A stretch of 64,000 nucleotides of DNA from Planctomycetota bacterium (GCA_965248445.1 CBDFJG010000001.1:384001-448000); one strand, 5' to 3'. Counted from the first letter of the stretch, positions 37,344 to 47,817 are shown. Made by a program: numbers and translations. The notes: a model not told the origin generated them from the letters alone.

Positions 37344-38693
37344 CTACTCGCCGTCCGACCGCAGCGTGAGCCTGCCCGGTCGGTCGGCGACGACGCGCGC
37401 CGCCCGGCTCCCCCACCATGCGGCGAACACGGCGGGCTCCCGCCCGAGAAGCGGCAGGAACTCCTCCGCCAAACCGTCGTCGAGGACGCGCGCGACGGCC
37501 TCGCGCACGTGCGCCTCCCGCTCCGGGGTGCGCCACACCTGATCGGCGGCGACGCGCAGCAGCGCGGGGTGGCCGGCCGCCGCGAGCGGAGGCAGCGCGT
37601 CGCGCACGGAGCGGGGAGCTCTCTCGGGACGCCCCTCGAATCCGCCGGGAACGGGCGCCGACAGGCGCTCCCACGCAGCGAGCACCAGCTCGGCGCGCGG
37701 GAAGGAGGGGCGGTGACCTGCGGCGAGGCCATGCAGCGGGCGAGCCGCATCCACGTTCGCGAGGGGCGCTACGGTCCAGAATGCCAGCTTCGTGGCGCGC
37801 GCCGACCGGGGCAGCGGCTTGCCGTCCTTGCGCGGTGCGAACCACGAGTTGCGCGCGTGGTAGTAGAGACCCGTGCTCGACGCCGACGATGAGGCGCGGG
37901 CGAGAACGAGCATCCGTGAAGGTCCGGCAGGCAGTCCCGCCGGGGCGTCGGCCGTGAGCTGCGCCGTCGTCTCCACGGGCACGAAGCCACGATCCGGCAG
38001 ATGCACTTCGGCCAAGCGGTGGAACGTCGAGTCCACCGCCCGTCCGTTGTATCCGCCGCGCAAGAGGGTCCCGCCGGTCCACCGCGCCGGGATGCCCAGG
38101 CGCCGGCAGATGGCCACGAACGCGAACGTGCTCTCGCTGCACGAGCCTTCGCCCGCCAGGAGAACGTCGGGAGCGGAGCGCCAGCCGCCGTCCAGCTCGT
38201 AGCTGACCGATTGACGCACGTGCGCAAGCGCGGCGTAGGCCAGGGCGTGCGGCGAGTCGTCGTCGGCAGCCGCGCGCACCGCCGTCGCCGCGGCGCGGAC
38301 GGCGTCGTGGTCGAGCCCGAGGATCTCGTCGTCTGCGAGGCACGCCGCCAGCTCGGCCTGGCTCGGCGCGGCGGCGCCTGAGTCGTCGAACTCGATCTCC
38401 GCGAGCCACGCGAACGTGACCGCGTCCCCGGCAGCCAGCACATCGACCACGGCATGGGCCGTCCAGCCATCTCCGGCACTGCGCCGCAGCTCGAAGTCAT
38501 GCGGGGAGAGCCGGACCCAGTGCACGCGCTGGCCGTGCCCGGACTGCGGTAGGACGAGATCGCACGCGATGCGTCGCAGGGTCGCCGGCGCGTCGTTCCG
38601 GACCGTGTCCTCGAAGCGGACCAGGTAGCGCTCACCGGCGTGGCCGTGCGCCGTCAGGACAAGGAGTAGGGCAGCGGACAGCGGCCAACGCAC
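37344..38693 (-). CDS. Secreted transglutaminase-like domain protein
   Basis: GEGSCSE..FVAICRRLGIPAR and FHRLAEVHL; the third triad residue appears as E (VPVET). Confidence 0.8.
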   Translation of the reverse strand: MRWPLSAALLLVLTAHGHAGERYLVRFEDTVRNDAPATLRRIACDLVLPQSGHGQRVHWVRLSPHDFELRRSAGDGWTAHAVVDVLAAGDAVTFAWLAEIEFDDSGAAAPSQAELAACLADDEILGLDHDAVRAAATAVRAAADDDSPHALAYAALAHVRQSVSYELDGGWRSAPDVLLAGEGSCSESTFAFVAICRRLGIPARWTGGTLLRGGYNGRAVDSTFHRLAEVHLPDRGFVPVETTAQLTADAPAGLPAGPSRMLVLARASSSASSTGLYYHARNSWFAPRKDGKPLPRSARATKLAFWTVAPLANVDAARPLHGLAAGHRPSFPRAELVLAAWERLSAPVPGGFEGRPERAPRSVRDALPPLAAAGHPALLRVAADQVWRTPEREAHVREAVARVLDDGLAEEFLPLLGREPAVFAAWWGSRAARVVADRPGRLTLRSDGE

Positions 38694-38702
38694 ACATAGA
38701 GG

Positions 38703-40397
38703 CTACAGCGCGAGGTAGAGCACGTACGCCGCCAGCAGGACGGCCGCCCAGAGCGCGGTCGCGCCGCTGGACCAGGGCTCACCGAGCACGCCCTGCGGGC
38801 TGTGCAGCTTGCGAATGCGCGCTGCGAGCATGGCGAAGAGCGCGAGCGCTGCCGCGATCAGGGCGCTCCACACGCCGCCACCGACACGTCGGACGAAGCC
38901 GACGGTGTTCGGGAGCACGCGGCGATACGACCAGTCCGCGTCGAGGACAGTCGAGCGCAGTTCCGGCGGATACCGGCCGGAGAGGTTGAGCCAGACGAAC
39001 GCCAGTGCGGAGAAGAAGAGGACCTGCAACTGCGTGATCACGTGCCCCGCCGTGTACGGCACGTAGTCGACCGCGTACGGGACCATCTTGTAGAGGAACA
39101 CCTCGGGGAAGCACCCGTTGAAGATGCACAGCGCCGCCGCGATGCTCATGGCGATGAGCATGTTGCGGGGCGCCTCCTTGCAGCGGATCCCCGAGTCGTG
39201 GGCGAAGAACGCGAAGAACGGGATCTTGATGCCCGCGTGGTGGAATACGCCGGCTGACGCAAACAGGAGTACCAGCCACACGGCGATGTGGCCTTCGTGC
39301 ATCGCGGCGGACATCACCATCGACTTGCTGACGAATCCGCTGAACAACGGGAACGCCGAGATCGAGCATGCACCGACGATGCAGAGCGCCGCCGTCTTGG
39401 GCATGCTCTTGTAGAGCCCGCCGAGGTCGCTCCCGTTGATCTTGCCCGTTCTGTAGAGCACCGCGCCCATGGACATGAACAGCAGGCCCTTGAACATCAC
39501 GTCGTTGAACGCGTGCGCGACCGTGCCGTTGAGTGCCAGCTCGGTGCCGATGCCGATGCCGACCACCATGAAACCGATCTGGTTGATCATGCTGTACGCG
39601 AGCACGCGCCGCAGGTCGTTCTCGATGACTGCGAAGAATATCGGGAAGCCGGCCATTCCGGCGCCGACGTAGATGAGCGCTTCCGTGCCCGCGAAACCAC
39701 GCAGGAGCGCATACACCGCGACCTTCGTCGTGAACGCGCTCAGAAACACCGCGCCGCTCGGCGTCGACTCGGGGTACGCGTCCGTCAGCCAGTTGTGCAG
39801 CAGCGGGAACGCGCACTTGATGCCGAACGCAGCCAGGATGAGGTTGGTGCCCGGGGTTCCCGCGCCCAGGTGGTCGAACTCGATCGAACCCGAGGCCTGG
39901 TAGTGGAGGATGATCCCCGCCAAGAGCAGCACGCCCGAGCCGACCTGAACGATCAGGTAGCGCATGCCGGAGCGGAATGCGCGCTCGGTCCCGCTCGCCC
40001 AGACCAGGAACGCGGAGCTGACCGCGAGGATCTCCCAGAACACGAACAGGGTGACGAGGTCGCCCGCGAGGACCGCGCCGACGGCGCTCGCTCCGTAGAT
40101 CAGCGCAGCCGGGTGTTCGACGCGGCTCTTCGCCCGCAGCGAGAAGATCAAGCCGACGAACACGGCGATGTGGAACAGGTATGCGAACAGGCGGCTCGTC
40201 CCGTCGACCCGCACGAGAGTGAACTCGTAGTCGAAGACGCTGATCTGTCCGAACTCGCCCTCGCCGAGGCTCCACAAGTACGCGCAACTGACGATCGGCA
40301 GGAGCAGCACGAACGCCGCGCGCAGCTTGCCGCGCAACGCCGGCACGAGCAGCGCGCCGAGGATCATGATGGCAGCGGGCGGGAGGCTACCGATCAT
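38703..40397 (-). CDS. mrpD: Mrp Na+/H+ antiporter subunit D-like (third paralog)
   Basis: FVFWE, PLLHNWLTDAYPE and RRVLAYS; multiple TM helices. Confidence 0.85.
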   Translation of the reverse strand: MIGSLPPAAIMILGALLVPALRGKLRAAFVLLLPIVSCAYLWSLGEGEFGQISVFDYEFTLVRVDGTSRLFAYLFHIAVFVGLIFSLRAKSRVEHPAALIYGASAVGAVLAGDLVTLFVFWEILAVSSAFLVWASGTERAFRSGMRYLIVQVGSGVLLLAGIILHYQASGSIEFDHLGAGTPGTNLILAAFGIKCAFPLLHNWLTDAYPESTPSGAVFLSAFTTKVAVYALLRGFAGTEALIYVGAGMAGFPIFFAVIENDLRRVLAYSMINQIGFMVVGIGIGTELALNGTVAHAFNDVMFKGLLFMSMGAVLYRTGKINGSDLGGLYKSMPKTAALCIVGACSISAFPLFSGFVSKSMVMSAAMHEGHIAVWLVLLFASAGVFHHAGIKIPFFAFFAHDSGIRCKEAPRNMLIAMSIAAALCIFNGCFPEVFLYKMVPYAVDYVPYTAGHVITQLQVLFFSALAFVWLNLSGRYPPELRSTVLDADWSYRRVLPNTVGFVRRVGGGVWSALIAAALALFAMLAARIRKLHSPQGVLGEPWSSGATALWAAVLLAAYVLYLAL

Positions 40398-40674
40398 AGT
40401 AGTCCTCGTCGCGCATCAGCACCCTGCGCATCTGCTTCGAGACGAGCACCAGCACGACGCAGCCGATGAACCCGTAGATCGCGTAGAAGCCCGGCAGGTT
40501 CTCCCACCAGTGCTCCGCGTGCCGCACGTCAGGTCCGCCGAAGTTGTGCCAGGCCACGATGACGATGTCGATCAGGAACAGCAGCCCACACACGACGTAG
40601 AGCGCACGCAACAGCCGCTGCGTGTTGCGCGGGTCATCGAACATGTGCTTCTTGCCGTCGGGGTCAGGTGTCAT
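40387..40674 (-). CDS. Small two-TM protein of the Mrp operon
   Basis: PGFYAIYGFIGC..LMRDEDYY; lies between the mrpD paralogs. Confidence 0.8.
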   Translation of the reverse strand: MTPDPDGKKHMFDDPRNTQRLLRALYVVCGLLFLIDIVIVAWHNFGGPDVRHAEHWWENLPGFYAIYGFIGCVVLVLVSKQMRRVLMRDEDYYDR

Positions 40675-40677
40675 GGA

Positions 40678-42168
40678 TCAACCTCCCCCCGCAATGGGCA
40701 GGAGCAAGTCGTAGACGTGCTCCGCGAAGAAGAACATCACGACGCAGCCGAGCGCGGTCACGCAGAGCGGCACGACGCACAGCAGCGGCGCCTCGTGAAT
40801 GCCGTCCGCGGGCGCGTGATGGTCGTCGTCCGCGTGCTCGACCGGCTTGACGGGCACGAAGAACGCCCGCCCCACCACGGGCATCAGGTAGCCGATGCTC
40901 AGCAGCGAGCTGACCATGAACGCGGCGACGAACACCAGGTGGCCGGAATCGGCGGCGCCCAGCGCCAGGTACCATTTGCTCCAGGAACCGCCGAGTGGCG
41001 GCAGCCCGATGATGCTGAGCGACCCCACCAGGAACGCGATCATCGTGAACGGCATCGTGCGACCGATGCCGTCCATCTCGCTGATCTTCTTCTTGTGCGT
41101 CGCGACCATGATTGCGCCGGCACAGAAGAAGAGCGTGATCTTGCCCATCGCATGCATCGCGATGTGCATGCCGCCACCGATGGCAGCCTGGGGCGTCGCG
41201 AGCGCAGCGGCCAGAACGATGTACGCCAGTTGGCTGATCGTCGAGTACGCCAGCCGCGCCTTCAGGTTGTCCTTCGTGAGCGCGATCACGGACGCGCAGA
41301 TCATGGTGAATCCGGCGGCGTACATGAGCCACACCGACGCGCCGGTCGTCGTCAGGAAGTCGGTCCCGAAGATGTACACCGAGATCTTGAGCACTGTGAA
41401 CACGCCGGCCTTCACGACGGCGACGGCATGGAGCAGCGCGCTCACCGGTGTGGGCGCGACCATCGCGGCCGGCAGCCATTTGTGGAAGGGCATCAGCGCG
41501 GCCTTGCCCGTCCCGAACGCGAACAGGCCGAGCAGCACGGGGACGACCCAGCCCTCGGCCTTGCCCTCGAGAATGCCACCCGGCGTGAACTCCACGGTGC
41601 CCGAGATCTGCCAGGTCCAGATCACGGCGAGCAACAGGAACGCGACCGAGGTGGAGACCAGGATGCCGAGGTACTTGCGGCCCGCCCGCTTGGCCTCCTC
41701 GTTGCCGTGGTGCGTGACCAGCGGGTACGTCGAGAACGTCAGCACTTCGTAGAAGACGAACAGCGTGAACAGGTTGCGTGAGAACGCGATGCCGAGCGCC
41801 GCGAAGATCGCGAGTGCGAAGCAGATGAAGAACCGTGTCTGGTTCTTCTCGTGGTGCCCGCGCATGTAGCCGAACGCGTAGAACGACGTGACCGGCCAGA
41901 GCCCGCCCGCCACGAGCGCGTAGACCATGCCGAGCGGCTCGACCTTGAACCCGAGCGTCAGACCGGGCAGCACGTCGACCAGGTCGAGCACGGGACGCTC
42001 GCCGCCCGTGACCATCCCGGCGAGGTTGACGACGAAGAACAGGGTGATCGCACCGGCGACGATGGTCACCGTCTCGCGCACGTTCGGCCAGCGGCCGCAC
42101 AGCGCGACACCGCACGCCCCGACTACCGGGGTCAGAAGAGCCAGGGCGATGGTCGTCCCCGGACTCAC
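40678..42168 (-). CDS. mrpD: Mrp antiporter subunit D-like (second paralog)
   Basis: PFHKWLPAAMVAPTPVSALLHA and KARLAYST motifs. Confidence 0.85.
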   Translation of the reverse strand: MSPGTTIALALLTPVVGACGVALCGRWPNVRETVTIVAGAITLFFVVNLAGMVTGGERPVLDLVDVLPGLTLGFKVEPLGMVYALVAGGLWPVTSFYAFGYMRGHHEKNQTRFFICFALAIFAALGIAFSRNLFTLFVFYEVLTFSTYPLVTHHGNEEAKRAGRKYLGILVSTSVAFLLLAVIWTWQISGTVEFTPGGILEGKAEGWVVPVLLGLFAFGTGKAALMPFHKWLPAAMVAPTPVSALLHAVAVVKAGVFTVLKISVYIFGTDFLTTTGASVWLMYAAGFTMICASVIALTKDNLKARLAYSTISQLAYIVLAAALATPQAAIGGGMHIAMHAMGKITLFFCAGAIMVATHKKKISEMDGIGRTMPFTMIAFLVGSLSIIGLPPLGGSWSKWYLALGAADSGHLVFVAAFMVSSLLSIGYLMPVVGRAFFVPVKPVEHADDDHHAPADGIHEAPLLCVVPLCVTALGCVVMFFFAEHVYDLLLPIAGGG

Positions 42169-43640
42169 TACCCACCCCCCAGCAACTGCCGCGCGGCAGA
42201 CGTCGCCACACCGACGGTCTGTTCCGTGAAGATCCCGAAGTAGAGCGTGCCACCGATGAGAATCCAGACCGGGACGAGCATGCTGAGCGGAGCTTCGCTG
42301 ACCTCGCGGTCGTCCGCCGGCTTCTGGAAGTAGGCCACCTCGATCACGCGCCAGACGTAGATGACTGCGAGCAGCGAACTGATGAGCGTCAGCGCCGCGA
42401 CCGGATACCAGCCGCGCTCGAGCGCGCCGAGCACCAGGTACCACTTGCTCACGAAGCCGACGGTTCCCGGCACACCGATGAGCCCGAGGCCGCCCACAAC
42501 AAACGCGGCCATGGTGATCGGCATGCGCCGCCCCAGCCCGCGCATGTCCTCGATGCGCGATGAGCGGATGCGGAACGCAACGCACGCGACGACGAGGAAC
42601 AATCCGCCCTTCATCAGCGCATGGTTGAACAGATGGACGATGCCGCCGGTCAGGCCGTCCACGTTGTGGAAGGACAGCCCGAGCGTCATGTAACCGATCT
42701 GCGCGATCGACGAGTACGCAAGCAGCCGCTTGATCTTCGACTGATAGATCGCCGCGGTCGAGCCGACGAACATCGCGGCCAGCGAGATCGGCACGAGCAG
42801 CCAGTGCAGACTCAGTTCGCCGAACACGAAGTCCTTCCCGAAGATCGAGAAGATCACCCGCAGCAGCACGTAGAACGCGACCTTGGTCGCCGTCGCGGCA
42901 AGGAAGGCCGAGATCTTCGGCGGCGAGTACGTGTAGGCGTTCGGCAGCCACTGGTGCAGCGGGAACACCGCGAGCTTGATGCTCAGCCCCACGAACATGA
43001 CGCCGAACGCGACCGAGAGGGTGCGCGTCGTCGTGACGTCGGGCAGGCGCTCGGACAGGTCGCCCATGTTGAGCGTGCCGGTCATCTGGTAGAGCAGCCC
43101 GGTGCCGATCAGGAAGAGCGCACCGCCGATGGTGCCCATGATCAGGTACGCGTACGCCGCCGTCAGAGCCCGGCGGCCGCGGCCCAGCGCGACCAGCGTG
43201 TACGCCGCCAGCGAGCTGATCTCGAGGAACACGTACACGTTGAAGAGGTCACCCGTCGCCGTCATGCCGAGCAGGCCGGTCAGGCACAGCAGATAGACCG
43301 CGTAGACGGCGTGCCGCTGGCCGCCCTCCAGATCGTCCCCCCGCGGCGCCGGTCCGAACGGCACCACGACCGAAGCGATGAGCGAGATGATCACGGCCAC
43401 GAACGCGTTGACCTGATCGAGGCGGTACTCGATCCCCAGCGGCGCCGGCCACCCGCCTACTTCGTAGGAGATCGTCCCCTCCGAGATCACGCGAGCGAGC
43501 AGCAGCGACGAGATGACCAGGCACGCGAACGACGCGATGCCGGCCAGCGGCCGTGCGAGTTGCGTGTTGCGCAGCAACAGGCAGAACGGGGCCGCCACGA
43601 GCGGCAACGCGACCAGCAGGACGGGGAAATGCTCGCTCAT
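42168..43640 (-). CDS. mrpD: Mrp antiporter subunit D
   Basis: DLFNVYVFLEI, PLHQWLPNAY and KRLLAYSS motifs. Confidence 0.9.
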   Translation of the reverse strand: MSEHFPVLLVALPLVAAPFCLLLRNTQLARPLAGIASFACLVISSLLLARVISEGTISYEVGGWPAPLGIEYRLDQVNAFVAVIISLIASVVVPFGPAPRGDDLEGGQRHAVYAVYLLCLTGLLGMTATGDLFNVYVFLEISSLAAYTLVALGRGRRALTAAYAYLIMGTIGGALFLIGTGLLYQMTGTLNMGDLSERLPDVTTTRTLSVAFGVMFVGLSIKLAVFPLHQWLPNAYTYSPPKISAFLAATATKVAFYVLLRVIFSIFGKDFVFGELSLHWLLVPISLAAMFVGSTAAIYQSKIKRLLAYSSIAQIGYMTLGLSFHNVDGLTGGIVHLFNHALMKGGLFLVVACVAFRIRSSRIEDMRGLGRRMPITMAAFVVGGLGLIGVPGTVGFVSKWYLVLGALERGWYPVAALTLISSLLAVIYVWRVIEVAYFQKPADDREVSEAPLSMLVPVWILIGGTLYFGIFTEQTVGVATSAARQLLGGG

Positions 43641-43645
43641 CGCGC

Positions 43646-44014
43646 TCACTCCTCCGCCGCGTCCAGGGCGAAGATCTCGTCTTCCTCGGCGGTGCCGTAG
43701 GCCTCGCGGATGCGCACCACCAGCGCAAGCGCCACTGCGCTCGTGGCAACCCCGACCACGATGGCGGTCAGCATCAGCACGTGCGGCAGCGGATTGCTGT
43801 AGAGCTGATCGGGCGGGGCGCCCTCGATGATGATCGGCGCGGTGCCGCCCCGCACCTTCCCCATCGCCACGTAGAACATGATCACGGCGACCTGGAAAAT
43901 GGTCAGCCCCATCAGCTTCTTGACGAGGTTGTCGCGCTCGATGACGACGTACAAGCCGATCATCATGAGCGTGATGCACGCCCAGTAGTGCCACAGTCCC
44001 GGGAAGTTGCTCAC
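43646..44014 (-). CDS. mrpC: Mrp antiporter subunit C
   Basis: NLVKKLMGL and NPLPHVLMLTAIVV motifs. Confidence 0.9.
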   Translation of the reverse strand: MSNFPGLWHYWACITLMMIGLYVVIERDNLVKKLMGLTIFQVAVIMFYVAMGKVRGGTAPIIIEGAPPDQLYSNPLPHVLMLTAIVVGVATSAVALALVVRIREAYGTAEEDEIFALDAAEE

Positions 44015-44481
44015 CGGTACGCGCGCCCCGCGAACAGGTAGAAGATCAGCGACATCCCGGACGTGACCGTGAACAGCACGCCGGCCTCGACGATCATGAT
44101 CCCGAGGTGCTGGCCGTGCACCCGCGCCTCCTCGAAGTGCGCGGGGTCGTTCGACGACAGCAGCGCTCCGTAATCGAGGAAGTTGCCGCCCGCCATCAAG
44201 GTCGCAACCGCGGTGCCGGCCCACAGCAGGACGCCGAGCGCCACGCCGGCTTCGAGTGCGCGCGGCGGGACGACCCGCTTGGCGGCGTCGAGCCCAAAGA
44301 TCAGCGCATAGAGGATGATTCCCGCCGCGAAGATCACGCCTGCCTGGAAGCCGCCGCCGGGGCCGAAGTCGCCGTGGAACTGCACGTACAACGCGAACAG
44401 GAAGAAGAAGGGGACGACCGCCTTGCCGACCACCCGGAGGATGATCTTGTCGCGCATGCGCATGTGTGTCCGCGTGCTCAT
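44011..44481 (-). CDS. mrpB: Mrp antiporter subunit B
   Basis: HGDFGPGGGFQAG motif. Confidence 0.9.
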   Translation of the reverse strand: MSTRTHMRMRDKIILRVVGKAVVPFFFLFALYVQFHGDFGPGGGFQAGVIFAAGIILYALIFGLDAAKRVVPPRALEAGVALGVLLWAGTAVATLMAGGNFLDYGALLSSNDPAHFEEARVHGQHLGIMIVEAGVLFTVTSGMSLIFYLFAGRAYR

Positions 44482-45053
44482 GCCTCACCCGCGCCGTCGA
44501 CCGGTCCAGCCTGATCTGCGCGGACGTCCGGGCTCACCGGGCGGCGCCCGGCCAGGAGGACGAACACGCCGACTGCCGCGGTGAACACGACCGTCGTCTC
44601 GCCGAAGGTGTCCCATCCGCGGTAGCTCGCGAGCACCGTCGTGACCACGTTGGGGATGCCGAGCGCGCGCGACCCGGCGATGAAGTCGGGAGCCACGTGG
44701 TGGTGGATCACCGACGCGGCGTCGCCGTAGCTCGGCATGTCGAGCGTTCCGAACACGAGAACAGCCCCCGTCACGACGACGACGAGCGCGGGGAGCAGGC
44801 GCATCGGCCGTTGATTCTCACGACTTCCTGTGAGCGACAGCGCGCCGAGCATCAGGACCGTCGAGAGCCCGGCGCCCACCGCGGCCTCCGTGAACGCCAC
44901 GTCCACCGCGTCCATGAGCACGAACAGCCCGGCTGAGAGCAGGCTGAAGATGCCGGTCATCATCGCTGCGGCGAACAGGTCGCGCAGTCGCGCCACCACG
45001 ACCGCCGTGACGATCAGCAACAGGAAGAGGAAGGCCTCGATGGGTACGTCCAT
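44478..45053 (-). CDS. Mrp subunit, DUF4040 / MrpA C-terminal-like
   Basis: DAVDVAFTEAAVGAG and NVVTTVLASYRGWDTFGE motifs. Confidence 0.85.
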   Translation of the reverse strand: MDVPIEAFLFLLLIVTAVVVARLRDLFAAAMMTGIFSLLSAGLFVLMDAVDVAFTEAAVGAGLSTVLMLGALSLTGSRENQRPMRLLPALVVVVTGAVLVFGTLDMPSYGDAASVIHHHVAPDFIAGSRALGIPNVVTTVLASYRGWDTFGETTVVFTAAVGVFVLLAGRRPVSPDVRADQAGPVDGAGEA

Positions 45054-45057
45054 CGCG

Positions 45058-45381
45058 CTACTCCTCGGCGTCCCGGTTCACGCGCACGCCGTGGGCGTAC
45101 GCCGCCTTGACCAGCGCGTGTGCCGCGGTCGGGCTGCTGATCAGGATGAACACCAACACGATCACGAGCTTGACCGTGACGAGGCTGGCGCCGGAATGGA
45201 GGGCCAGGCCGACGAGGATGAGCCCCGCGCCGAGCGTGTCGATGATGGTCGCTGGGTGTGTGCGTGTGTAGAAGTCGGGCATGCGCAGAAGGCCGAGCGC
45301 ACCGATCACACAGAAGACACTGCCGAGCACGAGCAGCGCGCCGCTCGCGATGACGAGGGGGTCGAGCATGCCGAGCATCAC
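45058..45381 (-). CDS. mrpG: Mrp antiporter subunit G
   Basis: GLLRMPDFYTRTH and SPTAAHAL motifs. Confidence 0.9.
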   Translation of the reverse strand: MMLGMLDPLVIASGALLVLGSVFCVIGALGLLRMPDFYTRTHPATIIDTLGAGLILVGLALHSGASLVTVKLVIVLVFILISSPTAAHALVKAAYAHGVRVNRDAEE

Positions 45382-45677
45382 TCGGCCGACCTCCGCTGCT
45401 CGTCCTTGACCCGCCGGTCATCGGCCAGTTCGCCGAAGCGCGCATATTTCGCGACGGCGATCGTCCCGGTGAAGTTGACGATCGCGTACAGGATGGCGAG
45501 ATCGAGCCACTCGGGCCGGCCGGTCAGGAACCCGGCAACAGCGATCAGGAGAATCGTCGCCGTGCCGAACGAGTTGGCGGCAAGCACGCGGTCGTAGACC
45601 GTGGGTCCCTTGATGGCGCGAACCAGCACGAGGGACATCGTGACCAGGACGCCGAACATCGCGACAGTGAACATCAC
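45378..45677 (-). CDS. mrpF: Mrp antiporter subunit F
   Basis: RAIKGPTVYDRVLA motif. Confidence 0.9.
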   Translation of the reverse strand: MMFTVAMFGVLVTMSLVLVRAIKGPTVYDRVLAANSFGTATILLIAVAGFLTGRPEWLDLAILYAIVNFTGTIAVAKYARFGELADDRRVKDEQRRSAE

Positions 45678-46150
45678 TCACCGCCCTCGAGCGCCGCGCA
45701 CTTGCGGTTCATGTCACCGCTGCGCAGACCGTCCGCCGCCTCGTCCGTGAGCGCGTGCACCAGGAACGTGCCGTCGCGGCAATCGAGTGTGATCGTGCCG
45801 GGGGTCAGCGTGATCGAGTTGCCGTAGACCACCTGACCGACCTCGGTCTTCTGGTCGGACGGCACGCGAAGCAGGTGCTCCTGGATCGGCAGGCCGGGCG
45901 TCAGCACGACCTTCGCGACCTGCAGGTTCGCCTTGACGATCTCCCACGCCAGCCACGGCACGTAGAAGAGTGGCCGGACGCCGAGCGTGTAGTTCTCCGC
46001 GGCGCCGTCAACACTGTCCATGCGGCGCATGAGTAGGACCACGATCAGCGAGGACACCGCGCCGAACGTCATCAGCATCGGCGTGTAGATCCCCGAGAGC
46101 AGGAGCCACGTCCCGAAGAGCGCCACGAACGCGGTGATCGAGCGAATCAC
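45674..46150 (-). CDS. mrpE: Mrp antiporter subunit E
   Basis: EIVKANLQVA, NSITLTPGT and LVHAL motifs; GTG start inferred. Confidence 0.9.
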   Translation of the reverse strand: MIRSITAFVALFGTWLLLSGIYTPMLMTFGAVSSLIVVLLMRRMDSVDGAAENYTLGVRPLFYVPWLAWEIVKANLQVAKVVLTPGLPIQEHLLRVPSDQKTEVGQVVYGNSITLTPGTITLDCRDGTFLVHALTDEAADGLRSGDMNRKCAALEGGE

Positions 46151-46414
46151 CGGGCTGCTCCGGCCTCCGGCCGGCCCGTAGCGGGGACACAACGCCAGAT
46201 CGCAGCGGTCATCCCACCTCCGAGCGGATCCACCCCGGGTGCCCGGGGATCCGCGTGCCTTCCTTCGTCCACCTCGCCGCGCCTGCCCTGCGCTGCGGAG
46301 TCTCCTTCCCGGAGCGCGCCAAATGTGGCCTCTGCCCCGCCGCGGGTCAACGAACGCAGGGGCGCGGACGAGGCAGACGTGGCCGCCGCAGGGCGGGGGG
46401 TGAGAATGAGCCGC

Positions 46415-47116
46415 GTGAGCGAACGTCCGAGCGCAGTGGCCCTCCTCTCCGGCGGCCTGGATTCCGCCGTGGCGGCGGCCTCGGCCCAGGCGGAGGGGCT
46501 TCTGGTTCACGGGCTCACGGTCGACTACGGACAGCGCTGCCGCGCCGAGATCGGCGCCGCCGCCAAGCTCGCGGATCGCATGGGTCTCGTGACGCACCGC
46601 GTGGTCGGCGTCGACCTTCGCGCTGTGGGCGGAAGCTCGCTCACCGGCTCAACCGCGGTTCCACGGGACCGCAGTGACGCTGAGATGGGCCAGGGCGTCC
46701 CCAACACGTACGTCCCCGCACGCAACACGGTCCTCCTCGCGGTGGCGCTCGGTCTCGCCGAGGTCGTCGGCGCCCGGACGCTGGTCATCGGCGCGAACGC
46801 GCTCGACTACTCGGGATACCCCGACTGCCGCGGACCGTTCCTCCGCGCCTTCGAGGAGCTCGCATCGCTCGCGACGGCGGCAGGCACGGAGGAGGGTGCG
46901 CGATTCCGCGTCTCGGCACCGCTGCTCGAGATGTCCAAGGCCGAGATCGTGCTGCGGGGCGTCGAGCTGGACGTGCCGCTCGTGCTGACGGTGTCCTGCT
47001 ACGTGCAGGAGGGCCTCACCGCATGCGGCAAGTGCGACGCCTGCGCCCTGAGAACGAAGGGGTTCCGCGAAGCGGGAGTCGTCAACCCCACTGTCCAGGA
47101 CGGGGGCCGGCTGTGA
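46415..47116 (+). CDS. queC: 7-cyano-7-deazaguanine synthase
   Basis: LSGGLDS, TYVPARN, YSGYPDCR and SCY..CGKCDAC; start could alternatively be 46406. Confidence 0.95.
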   Translation: MSERPSAVALLSGGLDSAVAAASAQAEGLLVHGLTVDYGQRCRAEIGAAAKLADRMGLVTHRVVGVDLRAVGGSSLTGSTAVPRDRSDAEMGQGVPNTYVPARNTVLLAVALGLAEVVGARTLVIGANALDYSGYPDCRGPFLRAFEELASLATAAGTEEGARFRVSAPLLEMSKAEIVLRGVELDVPLVLTVSCYVQEGLTACGKCDACALRTKGFREAGVVNPTVQDGGRL

Positions 47117-47817
47117 ACCGGACGGAGTCCGCCGCCGAGGTCGCCGCGACGCTCCCGGAGCCGCGCAGTGACTCTCTGCTGCTCACGGAGACGTACACGA
47201 GCATTCAGGGCGAATCGACGTTCGCCGGCCTGCCGTTCGTGCTCGTGCGCACCGCGCGCTGCAATCTGCGTTGCGTCTGGTGCGACTCCGAGTTCACGTT
47301 TCGGGGCGGCGAGCGGAGGCCGGTCGCCGACGTGCTCGCAGAGATCCGAGCGAGCGGTCTCACGCACGTGCTCGTCACGGGTGGCGAGCCGCTGCTCCAG
47401 CCTGCGGTGCTGCCGTTCATGGCGACGCTCTGCGACGAGGGCTTCACGGTGCTGCTCGAGACAGGCGGCTCGCTCGACATCGCGAGCGTGGACCCACGTG
47501 TGCACCGGATCGTGGACGTCAAGTGTCCCGCGAGCGGTGAGAGCGCGCGGAACCGCCTAGAGAACCTCGTGCACCTCGGCGAACGGGACGAGGTGAAGTT
47601 CGTAGTGGCGGATCGCGCCGACTACGAGTGGGCGAAGGAGGTCGTCGCACGAGAGCACCTCGCGGAGCGGGCCGGCGCGGTCCTGTTCTCCCCGGTGGCG
47701 GGCGATGAGACACTGCGCCAGGCCATGGCCGGGTGGCTCGTCGAGGACCGGCTTCCCGTCCGCCTCCAGATCCAGTTGCACAAGATCGTCTGGCCGGCAG
47801 AGGAGCGTGGACGATGA
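47113..47817 (+). CDS. queE: 7-carboxy-7-deazaguanine synthase (radical SAM)
   Basis: SIQGE, CNLRCVWCD, TGGEP and QLHK motifs. Confidence 0.93.
   Translation: MNRTESAAEVAATLPEPRSDSLLLTETYTSIQGESTFAGLPFVLVRTARCNLRCVWCDSEFTFRGGERRPVADVLAEIRASGLTHVLVTGGEPLLQPAVLPFMATLCDEGFTVLLETGGSLDIASVDPRVHRIVDVKCPASGESARNRLENLVHLGERDEVKFVVADRADYEWAKEVVAREHLAERAGAVLFSPVAGDETLRQAMAGWLVEDRLPVRLQIQLHKIVWPAEERGR

Noticed and set aside
46415..47817. queC-queE as part of a DNA 7-deazaguanine modification or QueC-based defence system
   Set aside because: The sequences look canonical, the context is housekeeping, and no dpdA-, TatD- or ATPase-like partner genes are adjacent.
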